Shown: one piece after another, positions 37,761 through 47,198 of the stretch | Layout: each line of letters opens with the position of its first letter | Numbering within the stretch: the first letter of the stretch is position 1 | IMG/VR virus record: IMGVR_UViG_3300037067_022550 | Length of the DNA stretch: 64,000 nucleotides | Origin: a virus | Reading direction: 5' to 3' (one strand) | Translations under genes and position numbers: made by a program | Notes under the pieces: generated by a model | What the model was told of the DNA's origin: nothing | What the model saw: only the letters and a program-made list of their open reading frames with translations | Databases searched by the model: none

Positions 37761-38850
37761 ACATAGACAGATTGAGACTTGCGGTTGGACTTGAGAACTA
37801 CTCCGCACTTGCTACACTTTTGGGAAGTGTAACGAGCTGGAACATACTCAACCCCTATTCCCTTTGCTTTGGCTTTGTAGGAAAGAAACTGTTCAAACTG
37901 GAAGAAGTTCCATTTGTTCAAGTCCTTCCTTTGAGCCTTTCTCAATCTGGAGTTTCTGATTCCTGTGAGTTTCTCCAGTATGACCGTGCTTCCTGCTTCA
38001 AGCGAATTGACTATCTTCTTGGCAATGCAGTGGTTAACATCTCGTCTAAACCGTCTCTCTTTAGAACTTACTTTTCTAAAGTGTCTTTTGCCGGAATGTT
38101 TTTTCGCCTGAAGACTACTTCTGAGTTTTTCATACCTTTTGCTAACCTGCTTAATCCTCCTTCCGTTAAAGAACTTGTTTTCGGACGTTACTGCAAGATT
38201 GTTGATTCCCCTGTCTATTCCGACGTACTTGCTGGAATGAGGAATATCGTTTATTTCTTTCTCAAACACAACATGCAAAAAAACCTTGCCTTTCTTGACA
38301 AACAAATCAGCCGAAGCGTGTTTCCAGTCCAAATACCTTTCAAAGTATTTCGGAATAATAAGGTTGAACTTCTTTCTTCCTTCCGTAGTTTTGATGGAGA
38401 CGGTTCTGGACTCAAGGAAGAGAGTGTAAGAGTTGACATCATAACGAATAGATGTTTGCTTGGATTGCGGAAGAGAACCTTTCTTGCCTTTGTTCGTAAT
38501 TTCTTTAACAGATTTCAGGGTTTCAGTAGCCTTCATTCTAGCAGAAATAGCAAGTTGGGATGGTAGAGTAGTTCGGCAAGTGTTGTATGTTTTGTGATGG
38601 AGAGAGACACCGTTGGTATCTTTAGACTCAAATCCTACTTTACAGATGTAGTTGAAAGCATCCGTATAAGCTTTAATGGTTGGAAGAAACTCCTTGTCGG
38701 AGCAGTCAACAACCAGTTTTGCTGTTTGAGTCAGTTTCATATATTTAATTCATTCTGCAATTATTTTTCATTCCCTTCTTTTATTTTCAACTATTTTTCA
38801 ACAATGCAAACAGAAAGTGGAACGGCAATTCATCCCCGACACTAAAGATG
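37605..38850 (-). mobile_element. TnpB-only IS200/IS605-family (IS1341-like) element inserted into a site-family copy; ACTAAAGATG present at both junctions
   Basis: tnpB ORF plus about 100 nt of 5' leader, bounded by direct 10-mers at 37605-37614 and 38841-38850. No tnpA. Confidence 0.6.
37616..38740 (-). CDS. tnpB: TnpB (OrfB) RNA-guided nuclease, IS200/IS605 family
   Basis: RuvC-I GIDRGINN, RuvC-II ...ILEKLTGI, zinc finger CSKCG...CGHCG, RuvC-III IHADLNASRNI. Confidence 0.9.
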   Translation of the reverse strand: MKLTQTAKLVVDCSDKEFLPTIKAYTDAFNYICKVGFESKDTNGVSLHHKTYNTCRTTLPSQLAISARMKATETLKSVKEITNKGKKGSLPQSKQTSIRYDVNSYTLFLESRTVSIKTTEGRKKFNLIIPKYFERYLDWKHASADLFVKKGKVFLHVVFEKEINDIPHSSKYVGIDRGINNLAVTSENKFFNGRRIKQVSKRYEKLRSSLQAKKHSGKRHFRKVSSKERRFRRDVNHCIAKKIVNSLEAGSTVILEKLTGIRNSRLRKAQRKDLNKWNFFQFEQFLSYKAKAKGIGVEYVPARYTSQKCSKCGVVLKSNRKSQSVYVCGHCGLCIHADLNASRNILKNYLDATGHPSRAAVNPPIAPSSLVEQA

Positions 38851-38873
38851 TCGGAGTTTCCTTGCCTACGGAT
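38841..38873. repeat. site-family half D: ACTAAAGATG-tcggagtttccttgcctacgga
   Basis: Aligns with right halves of copies A and B. Confidence 0.65.
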
Positions 38874-38894
38874 ATATGAAATGCTAATGATTGC

Positions 38895-39212
38895 CTATTT
38901 ATATTTTGGCTCTTTCCAAGATTTTTTATTGTGTTTATTTTTAAAAACATTATACCATTTAACTTTTAATTTTTGTTGTATAAGATCTTCTTGTTTTTTC
39001 TTATCGTCTTGTTGTCTTAATATTTCTTGTTCTCTTAAATGCAATTTTATTTCTTCAATTTCAGATTTTGTTTTAGCAGTTTTAACATCTTCTCCAACAA
39101 TAATAAATTTTACAGAAGTATTAGGATTCATAACTATTTTTTGGGTGGGTTTGAAAAGGGGTAATGTTGAATCTCTATTGTAAAAATTAGCGATCATGCT
39201 TTTTTCTTTCAA
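38895..39212 (-). CDS. hypothetical K/E-rich protein
   Basis: Minus-strand ORF preferred over the antisense 38848-39183 ORF on composition. Confidence 0.5.
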   Translation of the reverse strand: MKEKSMIANFYNRDSTLPLFKPTQKIVMNPNTSVKFIIVGEDVKTAKTKSEIEEIKLHLREQEILRQQDDKKKQEDLIQQKLKVKWYNVFKNKHNKKSWKEPKYK

Positions 39213-39582
39213 TCATTTTATAAACATCTGATGGTTGCAAACCCCCTTTTTCAGCACCTTTTAAATTAGACATTCCTATTACTCGCAACACAAATTGAAC
39301 ATTATTAGTTCCACTAATAATTTCTTCTTCTATTTTTTCTGGGAATATTTTTGTTTCAAGAAATACCGCTTTTTCAAGTTGTAATTGAACAAGTTTAAAA
39401 CACGCCTTCATTTTTCGATAACAGTAGCCACAACCATCTATGATTTCATATATTTTATTATCATACATAATTCCGCAGTGGTTGTATTTTCCAACTATCA
39501 TCTCTCCTTTCCTTTTTGGAAGGAAGAATATGGTGGCAATAGTTGATTTGTCAGATTCTTGGTCTTTTTTATATTTATTCAT
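39187..39582 (-). CDS. hypothetical protein
   Basis: 131-aa ORF. Confidence 0.5.
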   Translation of the reverse strand: MNKYKKDQESDKSTIATIFFLPKRKGEMIVGKYNHCGIMYDNKIYEIIDGCGYCYRKMKACFKLVQLQLEKAVFLETKIFPEKIEEEIISGTNNVQFVLRVIGMSNLKGAEKGGLQPSDVYKMIERKKHDR

Positions 39583-40259
39583 TATTGGTTTTTAATTTTG
39601 TGAGAATCTATAACCATGTTGAAATATTTACATAGATTTGCCATAAGATTGTTAAAAAAATTTATTGGAAGTAATGGAGTAATTTGAACATGGCTGTTCC
39701 AATAAACTATAGATTTTGCCATATTATTAATATACTCAATTAATTCATCCTTATTTTTATCTTCTAGTTTGGGATCTGTTCCGCCAACTAGCTTAAGAAT
39801 ATTTCTAGCTTCTGTTTCTGGTGGCATGGGTGATTCAGTTTCGTCAGGAAAAGCATTGATGGATATTATTTCCCAAGGAAGATCTGTACTTTGTTCATTG
39901 TTTTCTTGGAGAACTTCGTGAGAATAGAGAACAACTTCTACAAACTTTGCTCTAACTTTATTGCCTGCATATATACTTTGGATATATGGTTGTTCTCCTT
40001 CTCGTCTTGGTTTATAAACAGAAATGAATTTGTCGTTTTCTTGCAATTTAACAATGGAAGAAAAGAATCTTTCAGGAGGAACTTTTACCAAAACAACTCC
40101 TTTTCGATAACCTTTTCGCACTGTAGTTGTCCAGGCTGTTTCTACTATTGATGCTAATTCATCCCAAGTTCCTTCAAAATGGCCATATTTAGAATTTGCC
40201 GTTTGACGTTTAACAAATTTGTTAATGCCTATTTGATTACTTTTAATAAATTTATCCAT
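39582..40259 (-). CDS. hypothetical protein
   Basis: 225-aa ORF. Confidence 0.55.
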   Translation of the reverse strand: MDKFIKSNQIGINKFVKRQTANSKYGHFEGTWDELASIVETAWTTTVRKGYRKGVVLVKVPPERFFSSIVKLQENDKFISVYKPRREGEQPYIQSIYAGNKVRAKFVEVVLYSHEVLQENNEQSTDLPWEIISINAFPDETESPMPPETEARNILKLVGGTDPKLEDKNKDELIEYINNMAKSIVYWNSHVQITPLLPINFFNNLMANLCKYFNMVIDSHKIKNQ

Positions 40260-40346
40260 TTTAACCTTTTCATTGTTTTTTTTAAATTACGATAGGAAAC
40301 ATACAAATTTATAATTAAAATGTCAAGAAGAAAATGTATCAACGCT

Positions 40347-40380
40347 AAAATAGCCTCTTTTTGGGAGAGGCTATTTTTAT
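40347..40380. terminator. rho-independent terminator-like hairpin (AAAATAGCCTCT...AGAGGCTATTTT) followed by T run
   Basis: Up to 12-bp stem, 7-nt loop, TTTTTAT on plus strand; downstream of 40404-40700 (minus). Confidence 0.5.
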
Positions 40381-40403
40381 AGTAATTAATATAAAACTAT
40401 TGA

Positions 40404-40700
40404 TTATTCTGCTGGTGGAGTATAATCAAAAATGCCGTCATTATCTTCCATTTCTTGTTTTAGAACCTTTAGAATGGAAGCAGCAAGCAAGACATACATT
40501 TGAGGATCTTTATTTCCAGATTTAAGTTTTTCTATCAATGACATAAGTTCTTCGTCTTTGTATAGTTCAATTACAACATGCACCGTATCTTTGATTTTGC
40601 CATAATTATCCATAACTGCATTAACCTTATCAATTATAGATGCAAGTGTATCCTTAATTGACTTTTCTTCTGCCAAAGCTGCTCTTGATTTTCTTCCCAT
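40404..40700 (-). CDS. hypothetical protein
   Basis: 98-aa ORF. Confidence 0.5.
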   Translation of the reverse strand: MGRKSRAALAEEKSIKDTLASIIDKVNAVMDNYGKIKDTVHVVIELYKDEELMSLIEKLKSGNKDPQMYVLLAASILKVLKQEMEDNDGIFDYTPPAE

Positions 40701-40776
40701 AATTTTGCTCCTTTAATATAATTGTTTATATTACCTATTATACAATAAAAAAATATTTATTTAAAATTATTTTTTA

Positions 40777-40804
40777 TTGACATTTATTAATAATTTGATA
40801 TAAA
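40777..40804 (+). promoter_or_regulatory. sigma70-like promoter (TTGACA-16nt-TATAAA)
   Basis: Consensus -35 with good -10, followed by AAAAGGAG RBS for 40829. Confidence 0.45.
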
Positions 40805-40828
40805 GGAAGAAAAGGAGAAAATAAACAA

Positions 40829-41563
40829 ATGGATAAACAAGATGTATTAAAGCAATGTAAGATTGATGGAATGATAGTGCGACTTCCAAATATACAATTG
40901 GACAGAGATTTGTATATGCAAGTGGCAAAAGATTTAAACCTTATTGGTGGTAAATGGGAAAGAAAGTCAAAAGGTTTTGTTTTCTTAGAAGATCCAAAAG
41001 AACTGCTATCTCAAATAGTAAGCGGTGAAAAGAGAAATTTAAAAAAAGAGTTCCAATTTTTTGCGACTCCTAGCGTAGTAGCAGACCGTCTAGTAGAACT
41101 TGCTGACATACATGATGATAATACCATTTTAGAGCCTTCAGCAGGACAAGGGGCTATTATAAACGCCATTAACAATAAACATCCAGACAAAATAGTTGAT
41201 TGTTTTGAATTAATGCCAGTCAATAGAACCATATTAGAAAAGATGGCAACGGCTAACATTATCGGTTCTGATTTTCTTTTAGAAACTTGCCCCAATAAAT
41301 ATGATAGAATAATTGCCAATCCTCCATTTGCCAAAAATGCAGATATAAATCATATTCTTAAAATGTGGGAATGTTTAAATAATAGTGGAAAGATAGTAAC
41401 TATTGCATCAAAGCATTGGAAACATTGCAATAATAAAAAAGAGACGGCCTTTAGAGAATGGCTGGCAGGCAAATGCGTACATGAGCATGAAATTAAAGAT
41501 GGGGCATTTAAGGAAAGTGGCACAATGATAAGTGCTGTTATTTTAGTTATTTGTAAAAATTAG
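40829..41563 (+). CDS. DNA N6-adenine methyltransferase (gamma-like order)
   Basis: Motif I EPSAGQGAI and motif IV NPPF. Confidence 0.75.
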   Translation: MDKQDVLKQCKIDGMIVRLPNIQLDRDLYMQVAKDLNLIGGKWERKSKGFVFLEDPKELLSQIVSGEKRNLKKEFQFFATPSVVADRLVELADIHDDNTILEPSAGQGAIINAINNKHPDKIVDCFELMPVNRTILEKMATANIIGSDFLLETCPNKYDRIIANPPFAKNADINHILKMWECLNNSGKIVTIASKHWKHCNNKKETAFREWLAGKCVHEHEIKDGAFKESGTMISAVILVICKN

Positions 41564-41602
41564 CATTCATTAACAATAAGTAGTATTATAAATGTTTTTT
41601 AA

Positions 41603-41782
41603 ATGAATACTGATAAATATAGACCTGAATATGGTAAAATTTGTCAATCCTGTTATAGAAGAACTGAATCAAGAATATATTATAGACCCACAATAGGAAT
41701 GCGAGGTAAAAGATCGCACTTAACTTTATGGAGAAGACTATGTATAAATTGTTGGAAAATGGCAGAGGAAAAGAAGATATAA
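41603..41782 (+). CDS. 59-aa zinc-ribbon protein
   Basis: Manual ORF below track cutoff: CQSCY...CINCW. Confidence 0.4.
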   Translation: MNTDKYRPEYGKICQSCYRRTESRIYYRPTIGMRGKRSHLTLWRRLCINCWKMAEEKKI

Positions 41783-41783
41783 A

Positions 41784-42335
41784 ATGATTAAAGAAATTTT
41801 AGTTTTAAGCAGATTAGAAGCTGAACTCTTGTGCTATGGAGTTGGAAAAACCCCTAAAAAAAATAAATGGCTATTAATTTCTATTTGTTCTCCACAGGAT
41901 GAAATGATCAGGAGCGATTATGTTAAGGGGCAACTATCTAATTGGGGATGCAAGAACTGGGTTTCTTTAATTTTTGATGATATTACAAAGAAAGTTTATG
42001 AAAACATTAAAAAGATATATCCCCATAGCAATAAAATGAACAAAATTAAATTGTTTTCTAATAAAAATGCTCAAACAATAATTAACTTTATTGATAAATA
42101 TAAAAATGATAAAGAAGATTTTATTTTAATAATTCACTGCAAAGCTGGAGTTAGTAGATCTGGAGCTGTCGGGTGGTTTACTTGTAAGTATTTAGGATTG
42201 GATCAAAATAAGTTTTTGGAAAATAATAAAAATATTTATCCAAATAAATATGTCCTTATGTTACTTGAATCTTTAGCAAAAATGGATATTACTACAGAAG
42301 AAGAACATAAGAACATGTTTCTTCTTGACTTTTAA
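41784..42335 (+). CDS. dual-specificity/tyrosine protein phosphatase (CX5R)
   Basis: IIHCKAGVSRSG P-loop. Confidence 0.7.
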   Translation: MIKEILVLSRLEAELLCYGVGKTPKKNKWLLISICSPQDEMIRSDYVKGQLSNWGCKNWVSLIFDDITKKVYENIKKIYPHSNKMNKIKLFSNKNAQTIINFIDKYKNDKEDFILIIHCKAGVSRSGAVGWFTCKYLGLDQNKFLENNKNIYPNKYVLMLLESLAKMDITTEEEHKNMFLLDF

Positions 42336-42384
42336 ATTCAATATGTTATGCTTTTTTTAAAAAAGAAAAAATAGGAGATATAAA

Positions 42385-42678
42385 ATGAAAATAAAAGTTC
42401 CAAGTAAAACAATTGAAGTTTGCGATTTTTGTAAAAGGGACGGTCACGGTTGTCTAACTAGATGTGTAATTTGCGGTAAAGATTATTGTCACAGTTGCGA
42501 AGCTATGATTTGCGGATGTATTCATCAACCAGAAATATGTAAGTCTTGTGGAGAAAATGAAGGTGTTAAAGATGTTATACTAATCTTTGCTGGTAAATTA
42601 AAAAAACTGTTGCATAAAAGAGATTACGCTATGAGATTGAAATTTTTGAAGAGTGAGATAAATAATGAAAACAAATGA
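42385..42678 (+). CDS. cysteine-rich zinc-finger protein
   Basis: Multiple CxxC pairs. Confidence 0.5.
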   Translation: MKIKVPSKTIEVCDFCKRDGHGCLTRCVICGKDYCHSCEAMICGCIHQPEICKSCGENEGVKDVILIFAGKLKKLLHKRDYAMRLKFLKSEINNENK

Positions 42679-42880
42679 AAAATGGCTTAGTGAAACTCCT
42701 CCATGTTGTGAAATTTGTGGGAAACTATTTAATTCTACTGATAATTTTTTCTACGATTTTAAAACATGGAACGGTTCTTGGGGAATTGGATGTGAAACAT
42801 GCTTTAAAGAAAATGAAGGCCAACTCGGGAGCGGTTGTGGTCAAAAATATGATTTAAAAACATTGGAGAAAATATTATGA
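42665..42880 (+). CDS. cysteine-rich zinc-finger protein
   Basis: CCEICGK...CETCF...GCGQ. Confidence 0.45.
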   Translation: MKTNEKWLSETPPCCEICGKLFNSTDNFFYDFKTWNGSWGIGCETCFKENEGQLGSGCGQKYDLKTLEKIL

Positions 42881-43653
42881 AAAATATGATTGATAGAATA
42901 TCTTTATGGATTGCAGAAAAGGTTATTAGTTCTAAATGTAAGGGTGTTTTATACGGACTTAGCGGCGGAATTGACTCTGCAGTAGTGGCTGCTCTTTGTA
43001 GCAAAAGTTTAAGAAGGAACCAACATTTAGGAGTTATAATGCCATGCGGTTCTCAAAAAGAAGACCAGGAAGATGCCATTTTAGTTGCAAGTCATTTAAA
43101 TATTCAAACAGATGTTTTTGATCTTGGAAATACTTACGAAAGTTTATCTCCCAAAAGCTTGTTAAAGTATAACAATCAATTAGCAAATGCCAACCTGAAA
43201 GCAAGATTAAGAATGGCAACCCTATATTATTTTGCCAATACTCTTTCTTATATGGTTGTTGGAACTGGCAACAAATCAGAAATAATGGTGGGTTATGGCA
43301 CTAAATATGGTGATGAAGGTGTTGATATTCAACCTATTGGCGATCTTTACAAAACTCAAGTTTTTGAAATGGCAAAAGTTCTTAATCTTCCAGACAAGAT
43401 TATTAACAAAATTCCATCAGCTGGTCTTTGGCCAGGTCAGAGCGATGAAGAAGAAATGGGAATAACCTATAAAGAACTAGACAGAATTCTGATGGCAATT
43501 GAAAAAAATCACGGATGGGCAATAAATGACAATGAGGCTTCATTTTGTATAGATGAAAAAATATCATTAGAAGATTACCGCAAAGTTAGGAAAATGGTTG
43601 ATAATTCAGATCACAAGAGAAAAATGCCACCAATCTATCATATATGGTCATAA
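42877..43653 (+). CDS. nadE: NH3-dependent NAD+ synthetase
   Basis: SGGIDS PP-loop; GYGTKYGDEGVDIQPIGDLYKTQV and PSAGLWPGQSDEEEMGITYKELD parallel E. coli NadE blocks. Confidence 0.85.
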   Translation: MKNMIDRISLWIAEKVISSKCKGVLYGLSGGIDSAVVAALCSKSLRRNQHLGVIMPCGSQKEDQEDAILVASHLNIQTDVFDLGNTYESLSPKSLLKYNNQLANANLKARLRMATLYYFANTLSYMVVGTGNKSEIMVGYGTKYGDEGVDIQPIGDLYKTQVFEMAKVLNLPDKIINKIPSAGLWPGQSDEEEMGITYKELDRILMAIEKNHGWAINDNEASFCIDEKISLEDYRKVRKMVDNSDHKRKMPPIYHIWS

Positions 43654-43984
43654 AATGAAAAAAATTAAAATATTAGCACAGGAAAATGATAGAGGAGAAT
43701 TAATTGTTGATTCAGACAAAAGAATTAGTGTTTGGCTAGTTTGGTCACTTGCAGAATATCAAAACGGTATGCCGATGCTTGATTTAAGGGCTATTGCAAC
43801 ATCTTTAAAACAAGCAGAAAAGTATAAAGATTTATTGGAAAAAGATTTCTTGAAAGACAAAGATATGCTGCGTTCTTATAAACTTAAAGAAGACATAAAA
43901 ATAAATATAGAAGAAAGAATAACTAATCATTGTTATAGTTTATCTATGTCCTTGTTAGATCATATTTTATATCCCGAAAGGTAA
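43598..43984 (+). CDS. hypothetical protein (probable true start at 43655, MKKIKILAQ)
   Basis: Track ORF overlaps nadE 3' end; internal ATG right after nadE stop. Confidence 0.45.
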   Translation: MIIQITREKCHQSIIYGHKMKKIKILAQENDRGELIVDSDKRISVWLVWSLAEYQNGMPMLDLRAIATSLKQAEKYKDLLEKDFLKDKDMLRSYKLKEDIKINIEERITNHCYSLSMSLLDHILYPER

Positions 43985-43985
43985 A

Positions 43986-44255
43986 ATGAAGTATCCCGAA
44001 CATTGTAAAAGATCAAAGGAAAAGTTTGGAAAGAATTGGGAAGTTGTGCATAGATGGCTTGATAAGTTTGCTAGACAAGATTTGACCAATCATCGTAGAG
44101 CTAGACATCACAAGGAAGGCGTAGAAGAAGTAAGAAAAAAATGGGGAGAAGAAGCAGCTTTGGTTGCCGAACAGCACATAATGGACGATATGGGGGGATT
44201 TGTCCCTGACGCCGATTGGTATAACAAGAATTGGATAGAACATAAGAACTATTAA
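43986..44255 (+). CDS. hypothetical protein
   Basis: 89-aa ORF. Confidence 0.5.
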   Translation: MKYPEHCKRSKEKFGKNWEVVHRWLDKFARQDLTNHRRARHHKEGVEEVRKKWGEEAALVAEQHIMDDMGGFVPDADWYNKNWIEHKNY

Positions 44256-44263
44256 GGATAATC

Positions 44264-44893
44264 ATGAAAAAAATATGCATAACTGGTGGAATTGCTTGTG
44301 GTAAAAGTGAAGTTGGAAAAATGATAGAAAGTTACGGATTTCCTGTTTTAGACACAGATGTTGTTGCTCATAGAATATTGGAATCTGATTTAATGTTGAC
44401 CAGAGTTTTGTTTTCTGAATTTGGGAAGAGAATAATAGATCAAAAAAACGGTTCTATAAACAGAAAAGAACTTAGTAAGATTGTATTTGAGAATAAGAAA
44501 TCTTTGGATTTATTAAACGGTTTAATTCATCCAAAAATACTTTGTTATACCCATCTATGGACTAACTTAATGGAAAAAATTTATCCCAAACAGCTTTTTT
44601 GTTTTTGTATAATTCCGTTAGTGTTTGAAACCAAAGATCAAGATAAATGGGATAGAATAATTTGTGTTTATTCAAATAAATCAATTCAAAAAAGTAGAAT
44701 TAAAATGAGAGGTTTAAACGATGAAGAAATAGCACAAAGGATAAATTCCCAAATAGATATTGAAGAAAAAGTAAAAAACTCTCACTTAATTATAGAAAAT
44801 AATAATGGGACAATTGAAGATTTAGACAAAAAAGTTATTGATGTAATTAATATATTAAAACAATGGCATGACTGTAATTATATGGATTATTAA
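44264..44893 (+). CDS. coaE: dephospho-CoA kinase
   Basis: MKKICITGGIACGKSEVGK...VLDTD matches CoaE N-terminus (GxxGSGKS + D-x-D). Confidence 0.8.
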   Translation: MKKICITGGIACGKSEVGKMIESYGFPVLDTDVVAHRILESDLMLTRVLFSEFGKRIIDQKNGSINRKELSKIVFENKKSLDLLNGLIHPKILCYTHLWTNLMEKIYPKQLFCFCIIPLVFETKDQDKWDRIICVYSNKSIQKSRIKMRGLNDEEIAQRINSQIDIEEKVKNSHLIIENNNGTIEDLDKKVIDVINILKQWHDCNYMDY

Positions 44894-44901
44894 AAATTAA
44901 A

Positions 44902-45399
44902 ATGAAAACAAATATTCAAAAAGCAATTGATTTTTTGTGGAAAAATAGAGAAGAATATAGAGACAAAATTCGTAATGGAGAAGAAATAATATTCGTTTCT
45001 CCAAAATATGCTAACTTGCCAGAAGAAATATTAAGAAATTTAACAGAAGAAGAAATTGATGCAATTCGCGGTTTGTGGGCAGAATTTCTTGGATGGGATG
45101 TTGAAACGGGTTGTGCTGTCATTAATTTTGAAAACAAAAAGACATATTATTCGTCTATTAAAAAATATATTAAAAGATCAAGAAAGGAAGAAGTTATTCT
45201 TGGTGATTTTCTTGCATGGGCATTAAAAAACAAATGGTGGATACGTGGTTTTCAATCTATAATTAGAACCAAAAATGGATACGGTCAAGACGGATGGAGT
45301 TTTGTTTGGACTACTCAATGCGGTTTTGTAACTGATGATGATATCAGAAAAGTAATACCCAATAAAACAACTAAACAATGGGAATGTTGGGGAAGATAA
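44902..45399 (+). CDS. hypothetical protein
   Basis: 165-aa ORF. Confidence 0.5.
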   Translation: MKTNIQKAIDFLWKNREEYRDKIRNGEEIIFVSPKYANLPEEILRNLTEEEIDAIRGLWAEFLGWDVETGCAVINFENKKTYYSSIKKYIKRSRKEEVILGDFLAWALKNKWWIRGFQSIIRTKNGYGQDGWSFVWTTQCGFVTDDDIRKVIPNKTTKQWECWGR

Positions 45400-45474
45400 T
45401 TCTTTAAAAATAACTTGACTTTTTAATTTATTTTGATAGTCTAAAGGAAATAAATCAAAAGAAAGATACTACAA

Positions 45475-45678
45475 ATGGGAAATAAAGAACAAAAAGACTC
45501 TAAAACTCCTATAGAGTTGAATGTTAAATTAATGTCTGATGATGAATTATTTGAGCAGTTAAAATGTCTTGTTAATCAATCCAGATTTAATGGTTTTTAT
45601 AACAAGAAACTTGCTGTAGCTGTGGGAAAAGAATGTAACGCAAGAAAATGGTTTTTAAATAAAAGGAAACAAATGTGA
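45475..45678 (+). CDS. hypothetical protein
   Basis: 67-aa ORF. Confidence 0.45.
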   Translation: MGNKEQKDSKTPIELNVKLMSDDELFEQLKCLVNQSRFNGFYNKKLAVAVGKECNARKWFLNKRKQM

Positions 45679-46712
45679 CTATTTCTGTAAACAATTTAAT
45701 AAATCATATAAATATGTCCACCTACAACGTTTCTTTTGCCTTTGATGATAAGATTGGCAACGGAATTGATCTAATTAAAGCACGGGAAATATTAGCACAT
45801 GGAATGATTAGCTTAATTCAAAATTATGAACAAACAGAATTATCAAATATAATTTCGCATATAGAACATGATAAAGATTTCGATATAAATTTTTCTATGG
45901 AAAAAAGTTCTAAAAAAATATATCTTATTCCTTCCTTTAATTCCACATCTATCTCTGCCCTTAAATCAGAATTTACTTGTTTAATTGCCAACATCAGTGG
46001 AAAATTTCATCCTCACGGAATAGTTATAATAACAGATAAAGCTAGAAGATCAGCCTTAATTGGAGTGAGGATAGAAAAAGAAAAAGAAAAAGTGCCTGGA
46101 AAGATAATAAGAGATGTTGATGATGTTGAATCTGTTGCTTATTTTTCAGGAATAATAGCTGCCAACGGAAAAATAAAATTCTATCCTAGGGAATATACAA
46201 GGAGAGGAGAAAAAATGGTTTCTAAAAGAGGAAAGGGGGAATCTTTTAAAACAACAACCACATTTGAATTGGTTGATGAAGTTGTTTTAGACAAGAAGGA
46301 AATAAGAAATAAGTTTCTTCCTTATTTTACTCCTCAAGCATCTGAAGATAAACAAATTATGTCATGCAAGTCTAATTTTTTGTTATCTTGGAAATCTGAA
46401 TGTGCTTCTTTATCTAACAGCATTGGTTTGGGAGAAGATTTTCAAAAACTACTGGACAGGACAGAAGCATATGAAAGGGCACAAGAAGCTTTGCCTCCAG
46501 AAAAACGAAACCAATCCAGTTCTATATTTGTCATGGAAATGAAAGAATTTAAGGATAAAATAAAAGAAAAAATCATAATGTCTCCTGAACTTAATCAAAT
46601 AATAAAAGATGAATATTCTATAAAATTTAACACTAATCTGACCAGAAATGAATCAGAAAGTATTTTACAAGAGTATTTTCAAAAAGGACTAAAAGGGGAA
46701 AAAATAACCTAA
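45675..46712 (+). CDS. hypothetical protein
   Basis: 345-aa ORF. Confidence 0.55.
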   Translation: MTISVNNLINHINMSTYNVSFAFDDKIGNGIDLIKAREILAHGMISLIQNYEQTELSNIISHIEHDKDFDINFSMEKSSKKIYLIPSFNSTSISALKSEFTCLIANISGKFHPHGIVIITDKARRSALIGVRIEKEKEKVPGKIIRDVDDVESVAYFSGIIAANGKIKFYPREYTRRGEKMVSKRGKGESFKTTTTFELVDEVVLDKKEIRNKFLPYFTPQASEDKQIMSCKSNFLLSWKSECASLSNSIGLGEDFQKLLDRTEAYERAQEALPPEKRNQSSSIFVMEMKEFKDKIKEKIIMSPELNQIIKDEYSIKFNTNLTRNESESILQEYFQKGLKGEKIT

Positions 46713-46714
46713 AA

Positions 46715-46906
46715 TTGGAATATTATATGTTAATTAAAACTAAAAATGTATTGGAATTGAATTTTAAGATTTCAGAACTAGAAGAAAGAATTTCTTATTT
46801 GGAAGATGAAAACAAAAAATTTCACAATCAATTAAAAAAAATTATAAAATTAAAACAATCCCAATACAAACATAAACCTTATTGTCAGTTGAAAGATAGG
46901 AAATAA
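46715..46906 (+). CDS. hypothetical coiled-coil protein
   Basis: 63-aa ORF. Confidence 0.4.
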   Translation: MEYYMLIKTKNVLELNFKISELEERISYLEDENKKFHNQLKKIIKLKQSQYKHKPYCQLKDRK

Positions 46907-46924
46907 TAATTATAAGGAGAAAAA

Positions 46925-47137
46925 ATGGTAATTTGTGTAAAATGTAAAATTGAAATGAAACCAGATAAAAATGGGGTTGGAGCAGATTATGGCAATGGTC
47001 ATGTCTATGTTGGGGATAGATATAAATGTTCTATTTGTGGCAATATGGTTTTACAAACAAATTCTGCACCAATTTATGATGCAAATTATGATTCCCAGCA
47101 AGAATATTTAAAAATGAGCGTTTTTACCAGAATTTGA
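46925..47137 (+). CDS. zinc-ribbon protein
   Basis: AAGGAG RBS; CVKCK...CSICG. Confidence 0.5.
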   Translation: MVICVKCKIEMKPDKNGVGADYGNGHVYVGDRYKCSICGNMVLQTNSAPIYDANYDSQQEYLKMSVFTRI

Positions 47138-47198
47138 TTGAGAATATAAAAAACGTTAAAATAGATCTTAATAAAACTTAGAAAGGATATAAATAGTA

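Noticed and set aside
37622-38566. 314-aa plus-strand ORF antisense to tnpB
   Set aside because: Composition (Leu/Ser/Phe/Arg rich) is typical of a shadow ORF. The minus-strand frame carries all TnpB catalytic motifs.
37605-38850. IStron (group I intron fused to IS605-type element) interpretation
   Set aside because: Only about 100 nt lie between the tnpB start and the element boundary, too short for an intron catalytic core. The motif similarity is on the antisense strand relative to tnpB.
37605-38850. Search for a TnpA (Y1 HuH transposase) partner
   Set aside because: No about 130-150 aa ORF with HuH or Tyr motifs lies within or beside the element; it is called a TnpB-only element.
38841-38873. 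Group I intron hypothesis for the repeated ACUAAAGAUGUCG motif, which resembles the Tetrahymena P7/J7-3 segment ACUAAAUGUCGG
   Set aside because: No split host gene flanks any copy. A UAGUC partner exists only near copy A. The copies behave like an IS insertion-site family (intact versus interrupted), so intron-core identity is not supported without a covariance-model hit.
38848-39183. Plus-strand ORF starting at the ATG inside site copy D
   Set aside because: Cys/Phe/Leu-rich shadow of the K/E-rich minus-strand gene 38895-39212.
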